From: a virus
Virus record (IMG/VR): IMGVR_UViG_3300045988_175036
Location: 1-64,000 of that record
DNA: 64,000 bases
Direction: 5' to 3' (one strand)
Shown here: one piece after another, positions 43,618-52,922 of the stretch
How the letters are laid out: each line of letters opens with the position of its first letter
How positions within the stretch are numbered: position 1 is the first letter of the stretch
Translations under genes and position numbers: made by a program
The notes under the pieces: generated by a model
Seen by the model: only the letters and a program-made list of their open reading frames with translations
Told to the model about the DNA's origin: nothing
The model's database searches: none

Positions 43618-46600
43618 ATGGCAACTACTGGTTATTTTGATGGCGCAAAGACGAGTAGGGGCTGGTATGCGCGCCTTGAGTGGTCATACACTCAAGGCAC
43701 CTCTACCACTATTACCCTTACGTTGAAAGTGTATAATGGAACTGCGCCCTCTTATAATAATTTCACAAATTCTGCTTATTACATACTAGCTGGCAATAAA
43801 ATATACAAAACTTTCAATTGGACTTCAGTTGGATGGAATACACTAGGAACGACCACAGCTGTGGTAGAGGGTTCTAAAACTTCTTATTCTGCTAGTGCGC
43901 AATGGGTAAGTGGAGTAACTTCAGCATATACTCCTGCATCACTATCTGTGAATGGAGTTATTACTTTCCCTGCCTGTACATCTAACGTAGGTGCGCCTTC
44001 TGGAGCTTATGTTAGAACTCCTTATTGGGATAAAGGCTCTATTATTCCTCCTACGACTACTAATATGACAGTGGCTTGGTGGCCAGCTTCTGACGGAAAT
44101 GGAGGCAATACTGTTTCTTCATATAAAATTTATTTTCTAATTAGTTCCTCAGGAGCAGTTCCATCTGAAAGCAATTATTCCAAAGTATTTACAACAACAG
44201 ACTTGACAAGAGAGGCTGATGGTTCAATTAGAAGGACTTTTAGCTTACCGGTATCAACTTCACAAAGAGGACAGACCATTCGTGCCGCTATTCAAGCAAT
44301 TGGTTCTTTAGGAATGAATTCTGCGCTTGTGGCTTGCTCTACAGTGATAACTGTAAATAAGAAACCTTCCGCGCCGACTGGCCCAGTGTCTCTTTTATAT
44401 AGTTCTACTTATACAGAATGTCATCCAGAAATTATTGTTGGCAATTCAAATGATGCTTCGCAAACGCCTACATTATATTATAGCTTAAATAATTCAACAA
44501 CTAAAAATCAATATACTTCTTCAACAAAACTTCCTCTTATGGCTTCTTCGCAGTCTTATAACTTTTACACCTTTGATGGACTAGAATATAGCGATAGTTT
44601 TACTTGTGTTATTACAAAAAATATAAAACCGATATTATCCAACGTAACAGTGACGATTTCCGAGACAGCAGTCACAAAAAACAGTGCTTTTTCTACAAAT
44701 TCTATATACGCGACAAAAATAAAAATTAGTGGTAATTCTTCTAAATCTAATGGTTACTTCAAAATCCAGCTAAAATATCAAAATTATGCAGCTTCGCCAA
44801 CTTTATATAATAAAGCAGTCGAAATTCAAAGAATAGATGGAGGTCTTTTGAAGAATAAAGAAATCTCTATTCTAAGCTATGTCCCTTATGGAATTAGTTA
44901 TGGAGTTTCTTTAGTTTATAATGATGGAATAGAAAATTCTTCAGAAGTATTTATTGATACCATTCAGGGGAAAAAACTTTCAATTGCACCTTATCCAACA
45001 CTTCAAAAGACATATAATCAGTTTGATTTTTCAAATATTAGTGGAACAAAAGAAAATGAATTTTGGAATAAAATTCGTTTTTGTTATACTTATGATAGCA
45101 CGTTTGTAGGAGATAAAAGCAGATTTTTCTTATCTGGCAGTGCTCTTGAAGTATTAGACGTCCAAACTGGAGCAGATAATAACAAGAACTATATATATTA
45201 TGATGCTACTTTTGCTGATACAATTCCTTCTGGCTCATATACTCTTAGTGCAGTGTTATATGACACGCGCCATCAAGATAGTTCAATTACAGATATTACA
45301 AAGGTAGAGGCAAAAGCAATTTCTTCAATTTTGCCAATTTTGACTTCTTCTACTCAGTTAAATGTATATACTGGCGGCGCAAATGATACTTTTACAATTA
45401 CTTTTACAAAGTTTTACGCAGACGGAGAAAGTCTTGAGGATTGGTCGATTACTTCTTTGAACTCAAGTGTCACTGCTTATTTTGTATATGAAGGAACTTA
45501 CTATATAATTAGTGAGCCGGTAATAGCCGCAGCTGCTTCAGAAGATTTGGTTAGAATCACTTTCAAGAAAAGCGCTGTTCCTGGAATATTTCAAAATTTT
45601 CCAAACAAAAATGGTTTATATGCGATGAATTGCGCAATAAAAATTGTAAATCTGTATGGTCGAGAATTTGATTTTATAGGAACTTCTTCGGTTGGCGTCA
45701 ATTTCAATTCTAGTCCGACAATATCTTTTGAAAAAGCTAATGTAAAATATCAATATAATAATAGTAGTTATCCTCTCAATGATAATCCTATTAGAGAAAC
45801 ATTAGTTCTTTGCTTCTCTCCCACTATCAAAGGTTATAATAACTCTCAGATAAATTTCTTTATAGATGTTTCAAGAGCAACAAGCTCCGGCCCCTGGGAT
45901 CTATTCACAAAAGGAACTTGTTTTAGAAGTGGTGAGCCATCTTATAATTCGCCTTCAGAGTTTAGTTCTTATGGGATCGGGCGTACTTCAATAAAAGAAA
46001 TTACAGATAATAATGCTTGCTGGTTCAGAGTTAGAATAAATGACGGTTATAATAATGAAGTAACGAGCTCTGTTGTAGGTCCTTTTTCTCGCGCGAAACA
46101 TATCGCTATGGATTTGACATTATCAGAATTACAGTATGCTTCAAATAAATTTACCTTCAATTATAAAATAAATGACTTAGGTCTAGCTCAAAGTTCTCTC
46201 ACGGATGGAACAATAATAATTCAACATTCAGAAGGAGCCCTTCAAGAGCAAACTTCTGGCATCGCGTGGGTTCCACATAATTTTTCTTGGGTTTCTTTTA
46301 TTTCTGGGAAATCTTCATCTGTCAGTTATTCAATGTCCGGAGATTTTGAATATGTCCGAGCGAAAATAACTACATTGTTTACGACAGATTATCCTTCAGG
46401 TCTTTCTATTACAACTAGAAAAATTTCTTATTCTAATAGTGATTTAGTTTATAACGTCACTCCAACTTTTGCTATAAGAAGGAATCAGTTGGGAATAAAT
46501 GTTGTTGAACCAACTGATTATGCTGATGGTGCTGTGGTTATTGGCGCGGCGACTGGTAAGAAAATGGTATATTTTTTGAGCGCAAACGGTATGGCTACCA

Positions 46601-46656
46601 TTGATATGGAAAATCTTTCAATCAATAATTTTATTATTGATGGCGGCAGTTGGTAA
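43618..46656 (+). CDS. distal tail / receptor-binding candidate (1012 aa), S/T/N-rich and beta-rich
   Basis: Call rests on position and composition. FN3/Ig-like periodicity is suspected but not demonstrated. Confidence 0.45.
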   Translation: MATTGYFDGAKTSRGWYARLEWSYTQGTSTTITLTLKVYNGTAPSYNNFTNSAYYILAGNKIYKTFNWTSVGWNTLGTTTAVVEGSKTSYSASAQWVSGVTSAYTPASLSVNGVITFPACTSNVGAPSGAYVRTPYWDKGSIIPPTTTNMTVAWWPASDGNGGNTVSSYKIYFLISSSGAVPSESNYSKVFTTTDLTREADGSIRRTFSLPVSTSQRGQTIRAAIQAIGSLGMNSALVACSTVITVNKKPSAPTGPVSLLYSSTYTECHPEIIVGNSNDASQTPTLYYSLNNSTTKNQYTSSTKLPLMASSQSYNFYTFDGLEYSDSFTCVITKNIKPILSNVTVTISETAVTKNSAFSTNSIYATKIKISGNSSKSNGYFKIQLKYQNYAASPTLYNKAVEIQRIDGGLLKNKEISILSYVPYGISYGVSLVYNDGIENSSEVFIDTIQGKKLSIAPYPTLQKTYNQFDFSNISGTKENEFWNKIRFCYTYDSTFVGDKSRFFLSGSALEVLDVQTGADNNKNYIYYDATFADTIPSGSYTLSAVLYDTRHQDSSITDITKVEAKAISSILPILTSSTQLNVYTGGANDTFTITFTKFYADGESLEDWSITSLNSSVTAYFVYEGTYYIISEPVIAAAASEDLVRITFKKSAVPGIFQNFPNKNGLYAMNCAIKIVNLYGREFDFIGTSSVGVNFNSSPTISFEKANVKYQYNNSSYPLNDNPIRETLVLCFSPTIKGYNNSQINFFIDVSRATSSGPWDLFTKGTCFRSGEPSYNSPSEFSSYGIGRTSIKEITDNNACWFRVRINDGYNNEVTSSVVGPFSRAKHIAMDLTLSELQYASNKFTFNYKINDLGLAQSSLTDGTIIIQHSEGALQEQTSGIAWVPHNFSWVSFISGKSSSVSYSMSGDFEYVRAKITTLFTTDYPSGLSITTRKISYSNSDLVYNVTPTFAIRRNQLGINVVEPTDYADGAVVIGAATGKKMVYFLSANGMATIDMENLSINNFIIDGGSW

Positions 46657-46657
46657 T

Positions 46658-46686
46658 TTGATTTTTCTTTTATTTTTTGATATAAT
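46658..46686 (+). promoter_or_regulatory. sigma-A-type promoter with extended -10
   Basis: -35 TTGATT 46658-46663, 17-nt spacer ending in TGA, -10 TATAAT 46681-46686. Confidence 0.55.
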
Positions 46687-46707
46687 AAATCAAAAGGAGA
46701 TGATAAA

Positions 46708-47091
46708 ATGAATCTAACAATGTCGCAAATTCTTGCTCTAAACGAGCAGAAAAAAGCTTTTGAAAAGCTTTCTTTACCAATCAAAACTTCATATAAACTT
46801 ACAAAACTTTTTTCTTCGATTGACCAAGAAATAGATTTCTATACAAATAAAATGAAAGAAATTATTACAGCATATTCTCAGAAAGATGAGAACGGAGCCC
46901 CTATTTGGTCAGAGGATGGCACTTATATAAAAGTTATTCCAGAAAAAATGACTGAATGTCAATCCGAAGTTCTACAATTGAACGCATTGGAGATTGCGCC
47001 GCCTGATATTTCATTTTCTATTGAAGATTTTGGAGAAGTAAATTTATCACCAGAAAATCTTCAAGTGATTTTACCTTTTATCAGGGACTAA
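46708..47091 (+). CDS. hypothetical protein (127 aa)
   Basis: AAAGGAG RBS; followed by a long terminator hairpin. Confidence 0.6.
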   Translation: MNLTMSQILALNEQKKAFEKLSLPIKTSYKLTKLFSSIDQEIDFYTNKMKEIITAYSQKDENGAPIWSEDGTYIKVIPEKMTECQSEVLQLNALEIAPPDISFSIEDFGEVNLSPENLQVILPFIRD

Positions 47092-47100
47092 TATAATAAA

Positions 47101-47160
47101 AGAGACTAAAGTTGTAGCTTTTCACCAAACTTGTTACAACTTTAGTCTCTTCTTTTTATT
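47101..47160 (+). terminator. rho-independent terminator (16-bp stem)
   Basis: AGAGACTAAAGTTGTA (47101-47116) / TACAACTTTAGTCTCT (47135-47150), followed by TCTTTTTATTTT. Confidence 0.8.
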
Positions 47161-47211
47161 TTATCAATTCCTAAGCTTCTTATATATAGAAGGAGTAAAG
47201 GAGGAATAAAA

Positions 47212-47541
47212 ATGGCAGGTTATAACCCTTATCAAACCAACTCTTATCAAGCGACACAGTTCTTTCCGCAACCACAGGGAAATGTTTATATAATAAATAA
47301 TTCTATGGAAATAGCTAATATTCCTGTCGGTGGAGGGATTTCAGTAGCATTATGTCCTAGTGAAGCAATAATGTTTTTGAAATCAATGCAGAATGGAGCG
47401 CCAACACTTCTGGCATATACTCTAACTCCATGTGAAACTCGCGCTAATCAAACCTCTGATGAACGGGTGGCAGCTCTTGAAAAAGAAGTAGCTGAACTAA
47501 AAAAGCAGCTAAAAGGAGGAAAATTGAATAATGAACTCTAA
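47212..47541 (+). CDS. hypothetical protein (109 aa)
   Basis: AAAGGAGG RBS; Q/P/Y-rich N-terminus; short C-terminal coiled coil. Confidence 0.6.
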   Translation: MAGYNPYQTNSYQATQFFPQPQGNVYIINNSMEIANIPVGGGISVALCPSEAIMFLKSMQNGAPTLLAYTLTPCETRANQTSDERVAALEKEVAELKKQLKGGKLNNEL

Positions 47542-47740
47542 TCCATTACAAATGATGATACAAATGAGTCAAAAACAGCAACGACCTCAAAATCCGCCTA
47601 TTGACCCTCAACGTTTTTGTCAGATGGCACCAAAATTGACAAAAGAAAACCTTGTCCAACTAGCTCAACAGGCTCGCGCGCAAGGTATACCTGATGAACA
47701 AATTGAACAAGGTTTAAATTTCCTTTTGAACCTAAAATAA
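47531..47740 (+). CDS. hypothetical protein (69 aa), Q-rich
   Basis: AAGGAGG RBS; start overlaps the upstream gene. Confidence 0.55.
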   Translation: MNSNPLQMMIQMSQKQQRPQNPPIDPQRFCQMAPKLTKENLVQLAQQARAQGIPDEQIEQGLNFLLNLK

Positions 47741-47799
47741 GTTGTCGTCCGGAAGACAAATTATTTTTGGAATATATATTTTAGGAGGTTTCTATTACA

Positions 47800-48507
47800 A
47801 TGATGGGAACTGAAGGTTTATCTGCTGGCGATATTCTCGCCCTAACAAAAGATAACGATAACGGTATGAGCGGAGCATGGAACAATCCTTTTATCTATTT
47901 GGTTTGGCTAGCTCTTCTCGGTGGAAATGGCGGTCTATTTGGTAACAGAAATGCTGACGCTGCTGTTCAAGGCGCGCTAACTCGTTCCGACCTCTTTGAA
48001 GGCTTCAACAATCAAGATGTCAATAGTCAACTCCGTGGTATTACTAATGGCGTCTGTGATGGCTTCTATGCAATCAATAGTGGAATGAAAGACGGCTTCT
48101 ATGGTAATCAGGCCGTAGTCAAGGACGGCTTCTATTCCACTCAGTCCGCTCTGGCAGAGAACAGATTTGCTCAACAGCAATGCTGCTGTGAAATCAAGGG
48201 TGGCATCAAAGACCTTTCTTCCGAAGGTTACAAGAATACCTGCGAAATTACAACTGCCATCCATGCTGAAGGTGAAGCAACTCGTGCGCTAATCAACGCA
48301 AATACGATGCAAGACCTTCGCGACAAACTAGCCGACCGCGACCGAGACCTAATGAATGCGCAGTTCCAGCTTTCTCAACAGACTCAGAACGCTACTCTTA
48401 TTGGGACGTTACGTCCATTTCCACAGCCTGCGTATATTACTTGCAGCCCTTATCAGTCAGTAGGTGGCACTTGCGGCTCTAGTTACAATTGCGGCTGCGG
48501 CATCTAA
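47800..48507 (+). CDS. hypothetical protein (235 aa) with one hydrophobic segment and a Cys-rich C-terminus
   Basis: Hydrophobic segment WNNPFIYLVWLALLGGNGGLFG, repeated (K)DGFY motifs, an internal CCC, and a C-terminal CSPYQSVGGTCGSSYNCGCGI. Confidence 0.6.
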   Translation: MMGTEGLSAGDILALTKDNDNGMSGAWNNPFIYLVWLALLGGNGGLFGNRNADAAVQGALTRSDLFEGFNNQDVNSQLRGITNGVCDGFYAINSGMKDGFYGNQAVVKDGFYSTQSALAENRFAQQQCCCEIKGGIKDLSSEGYKNTCEITTAIHAEGEATRALINANTMQDLRDKLADRDRDLMNAQFQLSQQTQNATLIGTLRPFPQPAYITCSPYQSVGGTCGSSYNCGCGI

Positions 48508-48549
48508 CAGCTATTACCGAGAGTACAAATTCGTATCGGAGGTAATAAA

Positions 48550-48966
48550 ATGATTGAAAGTTATACAAATACTTCTCAAACCATAGCGCCAGAAGGGCTA
48601 CTATCTTTCGCAACAAATGATGTCCTGACTGGTTGCACTGTGCTTCATTCTGCTGGTTCTACTTCGTTTACCCTAAAACGTCCAGGTTTTTACTATGTTT
48701 CTTTTACAGGCACTGGTGCTATTACTGGCGCGACCGCTGGCGCAATTACTGTAAATTTACTGAAAAATGGTGTAGCTCTGCCAGGAGCAACAGCCACTCA
48801 AACATCAGCTTCGGCCACTGATATTCGTACAGTAAATTTTTCAAAAATTGTCCAAGTACTTCCTTCCTGTTGTGCCATAAATAACACTACCACTCTAACC
48901 TTCCAAAATGCGGGTTTAGATACTACTTATTCCAATGTCAATGTAGTAATTACAAAACTCGCATAA
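48550..48966 (+). CDS. BclA C-terminal-domain-like (C1q/TNF-like jelly-roll) protein (138 aa)
   Basis: Pattern ..F.L.RPGFYYVSF.....G....ITVNLLKNGVALPGA.......IVQV....TLTFQN........NVVITKLA resembles exosporium BclA/BclB C-terminal domains. Recalled from memory only, with no collagen repeats present. Confidence 0.45.
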   Translation: MIESYTNTSQTIAPEGLLSFATNDVLTGCTVLHSAGSTSFTLKRPGFYYVSFTGTGAITGATAGAITVNLLKNGVALPGATATQTSASATDIRTVNFSKIVQVLPSCCAINNTTTLTFQNAGLDTTYSNVNVVITKLA

Positions 48967-48978
48967 GGAGGTCCTGAA

Positions 48979-49278
48979 ATGAAAAAATACAAAGCGCTTT
49001 ATAAGGGAATGTATGACGATTTGAAAGATTCGGAAATGATGATTGATTATGCTTTTTGTATCCGAGAAGAAGGTGACAAAACTCTCGCGGATGAAATAGC
49101 AAAGTACGCGCAATATCGTCTTCAACATTTCTCTGATTTTCACAAATTATTTGAACAAGAAGTTTCGAAAGAAAAGGAAATTTCGATGGAAACTGTTCAT
49201 AAATGTATGTGGGAAGAGGCTCATGAAGCTCTACAAGAATGGCATGATAAAATAGAAAGAAAAGTCAAATCTTATTGA
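48979..49278 (+). CDS. hypothetical protein (99 aa)
   Basis: AAGGAGG RBS. Last plus-strand gene before the convergent terminator. Confidence 0.6.
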   Translation: MKKYKALYKGMYDDLKDSEMMIDYAFCIREEGDKTLADEIAKYAQYRLQHFSDFHKLFEQEVSKEKEISMETVHKCMWEEAHEALQEWHDKIERKVKSY

Positions 49279-49284
49279 AATTGG

Positions 49285-49311
49285 GAGAGGAGCTTCGGCT
49301 CCTCTCTTTTA
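49285..49311. terminator. terminator hairpin at the convergence of the plus and minus blocks
   Basis: GAGAGGAGC-TTCG-GCTCCTCTC (49285-49306), followed by TTTTATT on the plus strand. Confidence 0.75.
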
Positions 49312-50031
49312 TTCCCATTGAACAATTTCTTTATGAGGAAAGTTTCTATCAGAAACAAATTTTCCAATTCCAATGGCGTCCGCGCAGTCATCATTTACAC
49401 TTACGTCATACCATTGTTTTACTAGATTTTTCATTGAAGCTTTTCGGTCGCTTCTTGAGCGCCCCTTTACGCCACAGTGCGCGCGCCATGTATTTGTTGG
49501 ACATATTTCAAAAGAGATACCACGCGCGAAGCACGTTTCCATCAAAATTCCTTGAAGGCGTGCGAGTGTTTGAAATGTCGTAACTCCATAATTCTGCTCA
49601 TATTGAATTCCTTCAATACCAACAAAATCAATTTCAAAAGTAGAAATAATTGACATCATCCATTCTTTTATGCGATGGTCACGCGCAATTTCATCTGTAT
49701 TTTCAGGCGCATCGAAGTATCCATACTTTATCAATTTTTTATCTTCAAAGATTGAAAAGCCACTTCGTTTTGTCGCTTGGTCAAGCCCAAGAACACGAAA
49801 ACTTCCTTTTTTCTTTGGAATTGCTTCTAATTTTATTTCTTTATATGGATTGTCTTTACAGAAAGGACATTCGCGCCGCATACGAATCTTTTTCCATGGC
49901 GCGAATACTTGATGTCCCTCTGAGCACACAAATTCCATTATAGTATCAAGATTTTTATACTCTGTAGAAATGAGTTTCCAGCCGTCTTTTTCGATTTCGG
50001 CTTTTATGTCGTCCAATTGTATCTTAGCCAT
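49309..50031 (-). CDS. RuvC-like Holliday junction resolvase with an N-terminal zinc-finger domain (240 aa)
   Basis: VLGLDQATKRSGFSIF (catalytic Asp), FVGIEGIQYE (Glu) and DCADAIGIG. N-terminal C..H...CPFC. Confidence 0.7.
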   Translation of the reverse strand: MAKIQLDDIKAEIEKDGWKLISTEYKNLDTIMEFVCSEGHQVFAPWKKIRMRRECPFCKDNPYKEIKLEAIPKKKGSFRVLGLDQATKRSGFSIFEDKKLIKYGYFDAPENTDEIARDHRIKEWMMSIISTFEIDFVGIEGIQYEQNYGVTTFQTLARLQGILMETCFARGISFEICPTNTWRAHCGVKGRSRSDRKASMKNLVKQWYDVSVNDDCADAIGIGKFVSDRNFPHKEIVQWE

Positions 50032-50048
50032 TCACTCACTTCCGTTAT

Positions 50049-50930
50049 TTACTTTAGGTTAGTGGAGCCAAAACCTCCATTACCTCTTTCTGTGTCATCA
50101 AGATTTTCAACTTGGAAAAGAACTGCCTTAGGGACTTCCATTAGAACAAGTTGCGCGAACTTTTCGCCTTTTCCAATTGTCATATCACTACCTCTAAGAA
50201 TTGAGGTAATGATAGGGCGGCCATTATCATCAAAATCATAAGTGATATCCTTGATAGGAGGCTCAATATTTTCAATAATTACTTGAAGCTCCCCTCTAAA
50301 TCCAGCATCAACCGTCCCAATTGAATTAGCAATTCTCATTTTTGTCTTGAGGGCGCGACCACTCTTTGGACGAATTTGAATTTCATAACCATTTGGAACA
50401 GCCACCTTGATGCCAGTTGGAATAAGCTTTGTTTCGCCGGGATGAATCACATAGTCATCCACTGCATAAACATCCATTCCACTATCATCGGGATGCGCAT
50501 ACTCAGGCATTTTTGCGTCTGGATGGCACTTTACAAAAGGAATTTGGATATAACGTTTTGCGATACCTTCTGTTTCACTAATAGCCGTATTGATGCCGCG
50601 CAGTAGCTTTTTGAGAAAATCTCGCTTTGGTGCAGTCAGGTCAGTAATTACATCAATTTCATTTACCAATTGGAGAAATTCGTCCTGGACGCTTTCTGCT
50701 GTAGAGCCAGTGGCATTGATAGACTGCGCAAGCATTAGGCGCGCGTTCGTAGTATTGAGACTACGAAGGAAACTATCCAGAATGCCAGGGGACACTAATT
50801 CAAATTGAGCATCATCCATTGATAACAGAACAGCAATAGCATCAATAGAATTTCCATCAAGACTATTTAGTTGAGAAAGCGCGTCGCGCACTTCTTCAAT
50901 AACTTTTTTAGAATTTGGTTCTACGTTCAT
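50049..50930 (-). CDS. dut: dUTPase with an N-terminal extension of about 130 aa and an internal insertion (293 aa)
   Basis: All five trimeric dUTPase motifs are present: DSGMDVYA, RPKSGR, GTVDAGFRGE, KFAQLV and RGNGGFGSTN. About 25 extra residues lie between motifs 3 and 4. Confidence 0.85.
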   Translation of the reverse strand: MNVEPNSKKVIEEVRDALSQLNSLDGNSIDAIAVLLSMDDAQFELVSPGILDSFLRSLNTTNARLMLAQSINATGSTAESVQDEFLQLVNEIDVITDLTAPKRDFLKKLLRGINTAISETEGIAKRYIQIPFVKCHPDAKMPEYAHPDDSGMDVYAVDDYVIHPGETKLIPTGIKVAVPNGYEIQIRPKSGRALKTKMRIANSIGTVDAGFRGELQVIIENIEPPIKDITYDFDDNGRPIITSILRGSDMTIGKGEKFAQLVLMEVPKAVLFQVENLDDTERGNGGFGSTNLK

Positions 50931-51151
50931 TCGGCCTCTTCACCCCACAGAGAGCAATATGTCATTTGAATTTTGCAGACCCAAATTTCATCCACAACAA
51001 TTCCCTTTTGCTTCTTCGTTTTATAAGTGTAACCGGCTGCTGTAATCTGAAAGCCTTCTTCACGAGCCTTTTCCCGGTATGCTTCAATAGTTTCTTTTGC
51101 TTCGTTTTCGTTTAGGGTAATTAGTTCTTCTGTCTTTTTATAGAGTGTCAT
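50927..51151 (-). CDS. hypothetical protein (74 aa)
   Basis: GGAGG RBS before the ATG at 51151 (MTLYKKTEEL..). The track's longer start lies inside the upstream gene. Confidence 0.5.
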   Translation of the reverse strand: MTLYKKTEELITLNENEAKETIEAYREKAREEGFQITAAGYTYKTKKQKGIVVDEIWVCKIQMTYCSLWGEEAE

Positions 51152-51986
51152 TATTTTTTGCCTCCACTTGATAGCTTGTATTTTCATTACAGTTGCACGT
51201 AGTATACCACGGATTACTAGGAGTGCCAATTTCATAAGGTTTTGGCGTATAAGGAACAGTTGCAGGAGAAGTTACAATTAGCGGACTATTAGTAATCTTG
51301 TCCTCAATTTTTGTTAGTCGTTCCATAACTTGGTCAAGCGTAATTGCGCTACTGGTTTTCTTTTCTTCCTTTTCATAGCAAATCAAATCTTTAGCATAAG
51401 GAAGTGTCTCAATCCACTTACAAAATTCTCTCCATTCCGGCAGCTTATGGCTACGACGCTGACGCCAGATATTCTTCAAACAACGGTAATTTGTGGTAAG
51501 CCGCGCTGTAAGTTCAAAGCCAGGAGGAATATTATACAAAATTTCAAGATAAAGTTCTGTTTTCTGTTTCGAGAGACTTTGCTTTGCTTCCTCGTTTTGT
51601 CCTTTTAGCGCAGAAAGTCGGTTGTATTCATTGATTTTTCCTTGGACAATATCAATGATGCGTGAATCAACATATCTATTGCATTGTTCTTTTAGGGAAA
51701 ATTTTGTGGCACAGTGCATAGTGGATTGTGAACTAACAAAAAATTTGAAGATATACCTCTCCATTTCAATCCACGCTTTATTAGAAAAGCGCAAGTCAAA
51801 ACTCACGAGAATACCTGTAAGGAATTGGTCGTGCGCGCCAACCCAATCAGCGGCGTGAGATAGGTTCTTCGCTCGTTTTAGCGCGGCTTCTACTGTCTCT
51901 TCCCAATCGGTTGTAGTTCTCAAAGGATACCCTGAAGCATGAAGACTTTCTTCTAAATCATAGACCTTTACATTTTCAACTCTCAT
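51138..51986 (-). CDS. ThyX-fold (flavin-dependent thymidylate synthase-like) protein lacking the RHR signature (282 aa)
   Basis: GAHDQFLTGILVSFDLRFSNKAWIEMERYIFKFFVSSQSTMH aligns by eye to the ThyX block GHE.PFEH..F.F.....S.....Q..RHR..S...SGRY, with ERY in place of RHR. TTNYRCLKNIWRQRRSHKLPEWRE aligns to the ThyX block ..N.RSL.NF..LR....AQWEI.. An extra C-terminal tail of about 90 aa is present. Confidence 0.5.
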   Translation of the reverse strand: MRVENVKVYDLEESLHASGYPLRTTTDWEETVEAALKRAKNLSHAADWVGAHDQFLTGILVSFDLRFSNKAWIEMERYIFKFFVSSQSTMHCATKFSLKEQCNRYVDSRIIDIVQGKINEYNRLSALKGQNEEAKQSLSKQKTELYLEILYNIPPGFELTARLTTNYRCLKNIWRQRRSHKLPEWREFCKWIETLPYAKDLICYEKEEKKTSSAITLDQVMERLTKIEDKITNSPLIVTSPATVPYTPKPYEIGTPSNPWYTTCNCNENTSYQVEAKNNDTL

Positions 51987-52506
51987 TTAGCAACTCCTCA
52001 AAAATTAAATCTTTTGGCAAAAAATTATTACATATGTATATACTAGCAAACGAAACTCCTTTTACTATCTTCGTATAATCTTCATCTTGATAAAAATTTA
52101 TTCTTTTATCAAAGATAAGGGCTTGTTTATTTTGTAAATAGGGAAAACGTTTTTGTCCTTGTAAGGTAGGCAGCGGAAAAAGCATTGCATAAGGTTTTTG
52201 GAGTTCTTCTAGCCTTTTTAAGATATCGTCTTTACAAGAGAATGGAGGATTAGAAATGATAATATCATATTTATCAGGAGAATAGTAAAAAAAGTTTTTC
52301 CCCAAGTCAATATGGGAAAATATTACTTTATTCCCATTCTGTAAAAAAATTTGAACATATTTACTATTCTCCTTATCAAAAGGACACCAAATGATATCCT
52401 CTTTTGAGACATATTTTAATAAGGGGGTAATAGCGTTAGGTGGGGTATAGTATTCATCAGAAGCTTTATCCGTTTTTGCTGTTAAATAACCTTTATTTTG
52501 TCCCAT
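51976..52506 (-). CDS. small putative N6-adenine DNA methyltransferase (176 aa)
   Basis: N-terminal DEYYTPP and catalytic ISNPPFS (the NPPF motif IV). Confidence 0.55.
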   Translation of the reverse strand: MGQNKGYLTAKTDKASDEYYTPPNAITPLLKYVSKEDIIWCPFDKENSKYVQIFLQNGNKVIFSHIDLGKNFFYYSPDKYDIIISNPPFSCKDDILKRLEELQKPYAMLFPLPTLQGQKRFPYLQNKQALIFDKRINFYQDEDYTKIVKGVSFASIYICNNFLPKDLIFEELLNES

Positions 52507-52922
52507 TATACCTCCACGATTTTATAGTCGCATCCATCAATAGAACGGATATAATTTAAAACATCTTTATATTCTGGTTTTGTAAACCAGTTATTGAGAA
52601 GATAGGTATATGTAACTTTCTTAGCTTTTAAAGCCCTTCCAATTTTTTGATATTGGAGAAGTTTGAAAGCACAAGTTTGTAATTTTTCATCAACTGAGCC
52701 GGCCACTTGTTGATATTTCTTCTCATAAATTTTTAGTTCTCCATTTACAAAATAAGCCTCATCTGGCAATAGCTTCTTAGAAATTAGTTTTCTCCAATCA
52801 ATCTTTTCTTGAGACAAATACTTATATAGATTATGCTTAGATAAATCTATGCCTTCTTTTTGAGCTTGACAGATTTCTTCCCAAACTAAACCACTAGAAG
52901 TATCTCTAATCATATTCTTCAT
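52506..52922 (-). CDS. hypothetical protein (138 aa)
   Basis: The ATG overlaps the upstream stop codon (TGATG). No motif recognised. Confidence 0.55.
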   Translation of the reverse strand: MKNMIRDTSSGLVWEEICQAQKEGIDLSKHNLYKYLSQEKIDWRKLISKKLLPDEAYFVNGELKIYEKKYQQVAGSVDEKLQTCAFKLLQYQKIGRALKAKKVTYTYLLNNWFTKPEYKDVLNYIRSIDGCDYKIVEV

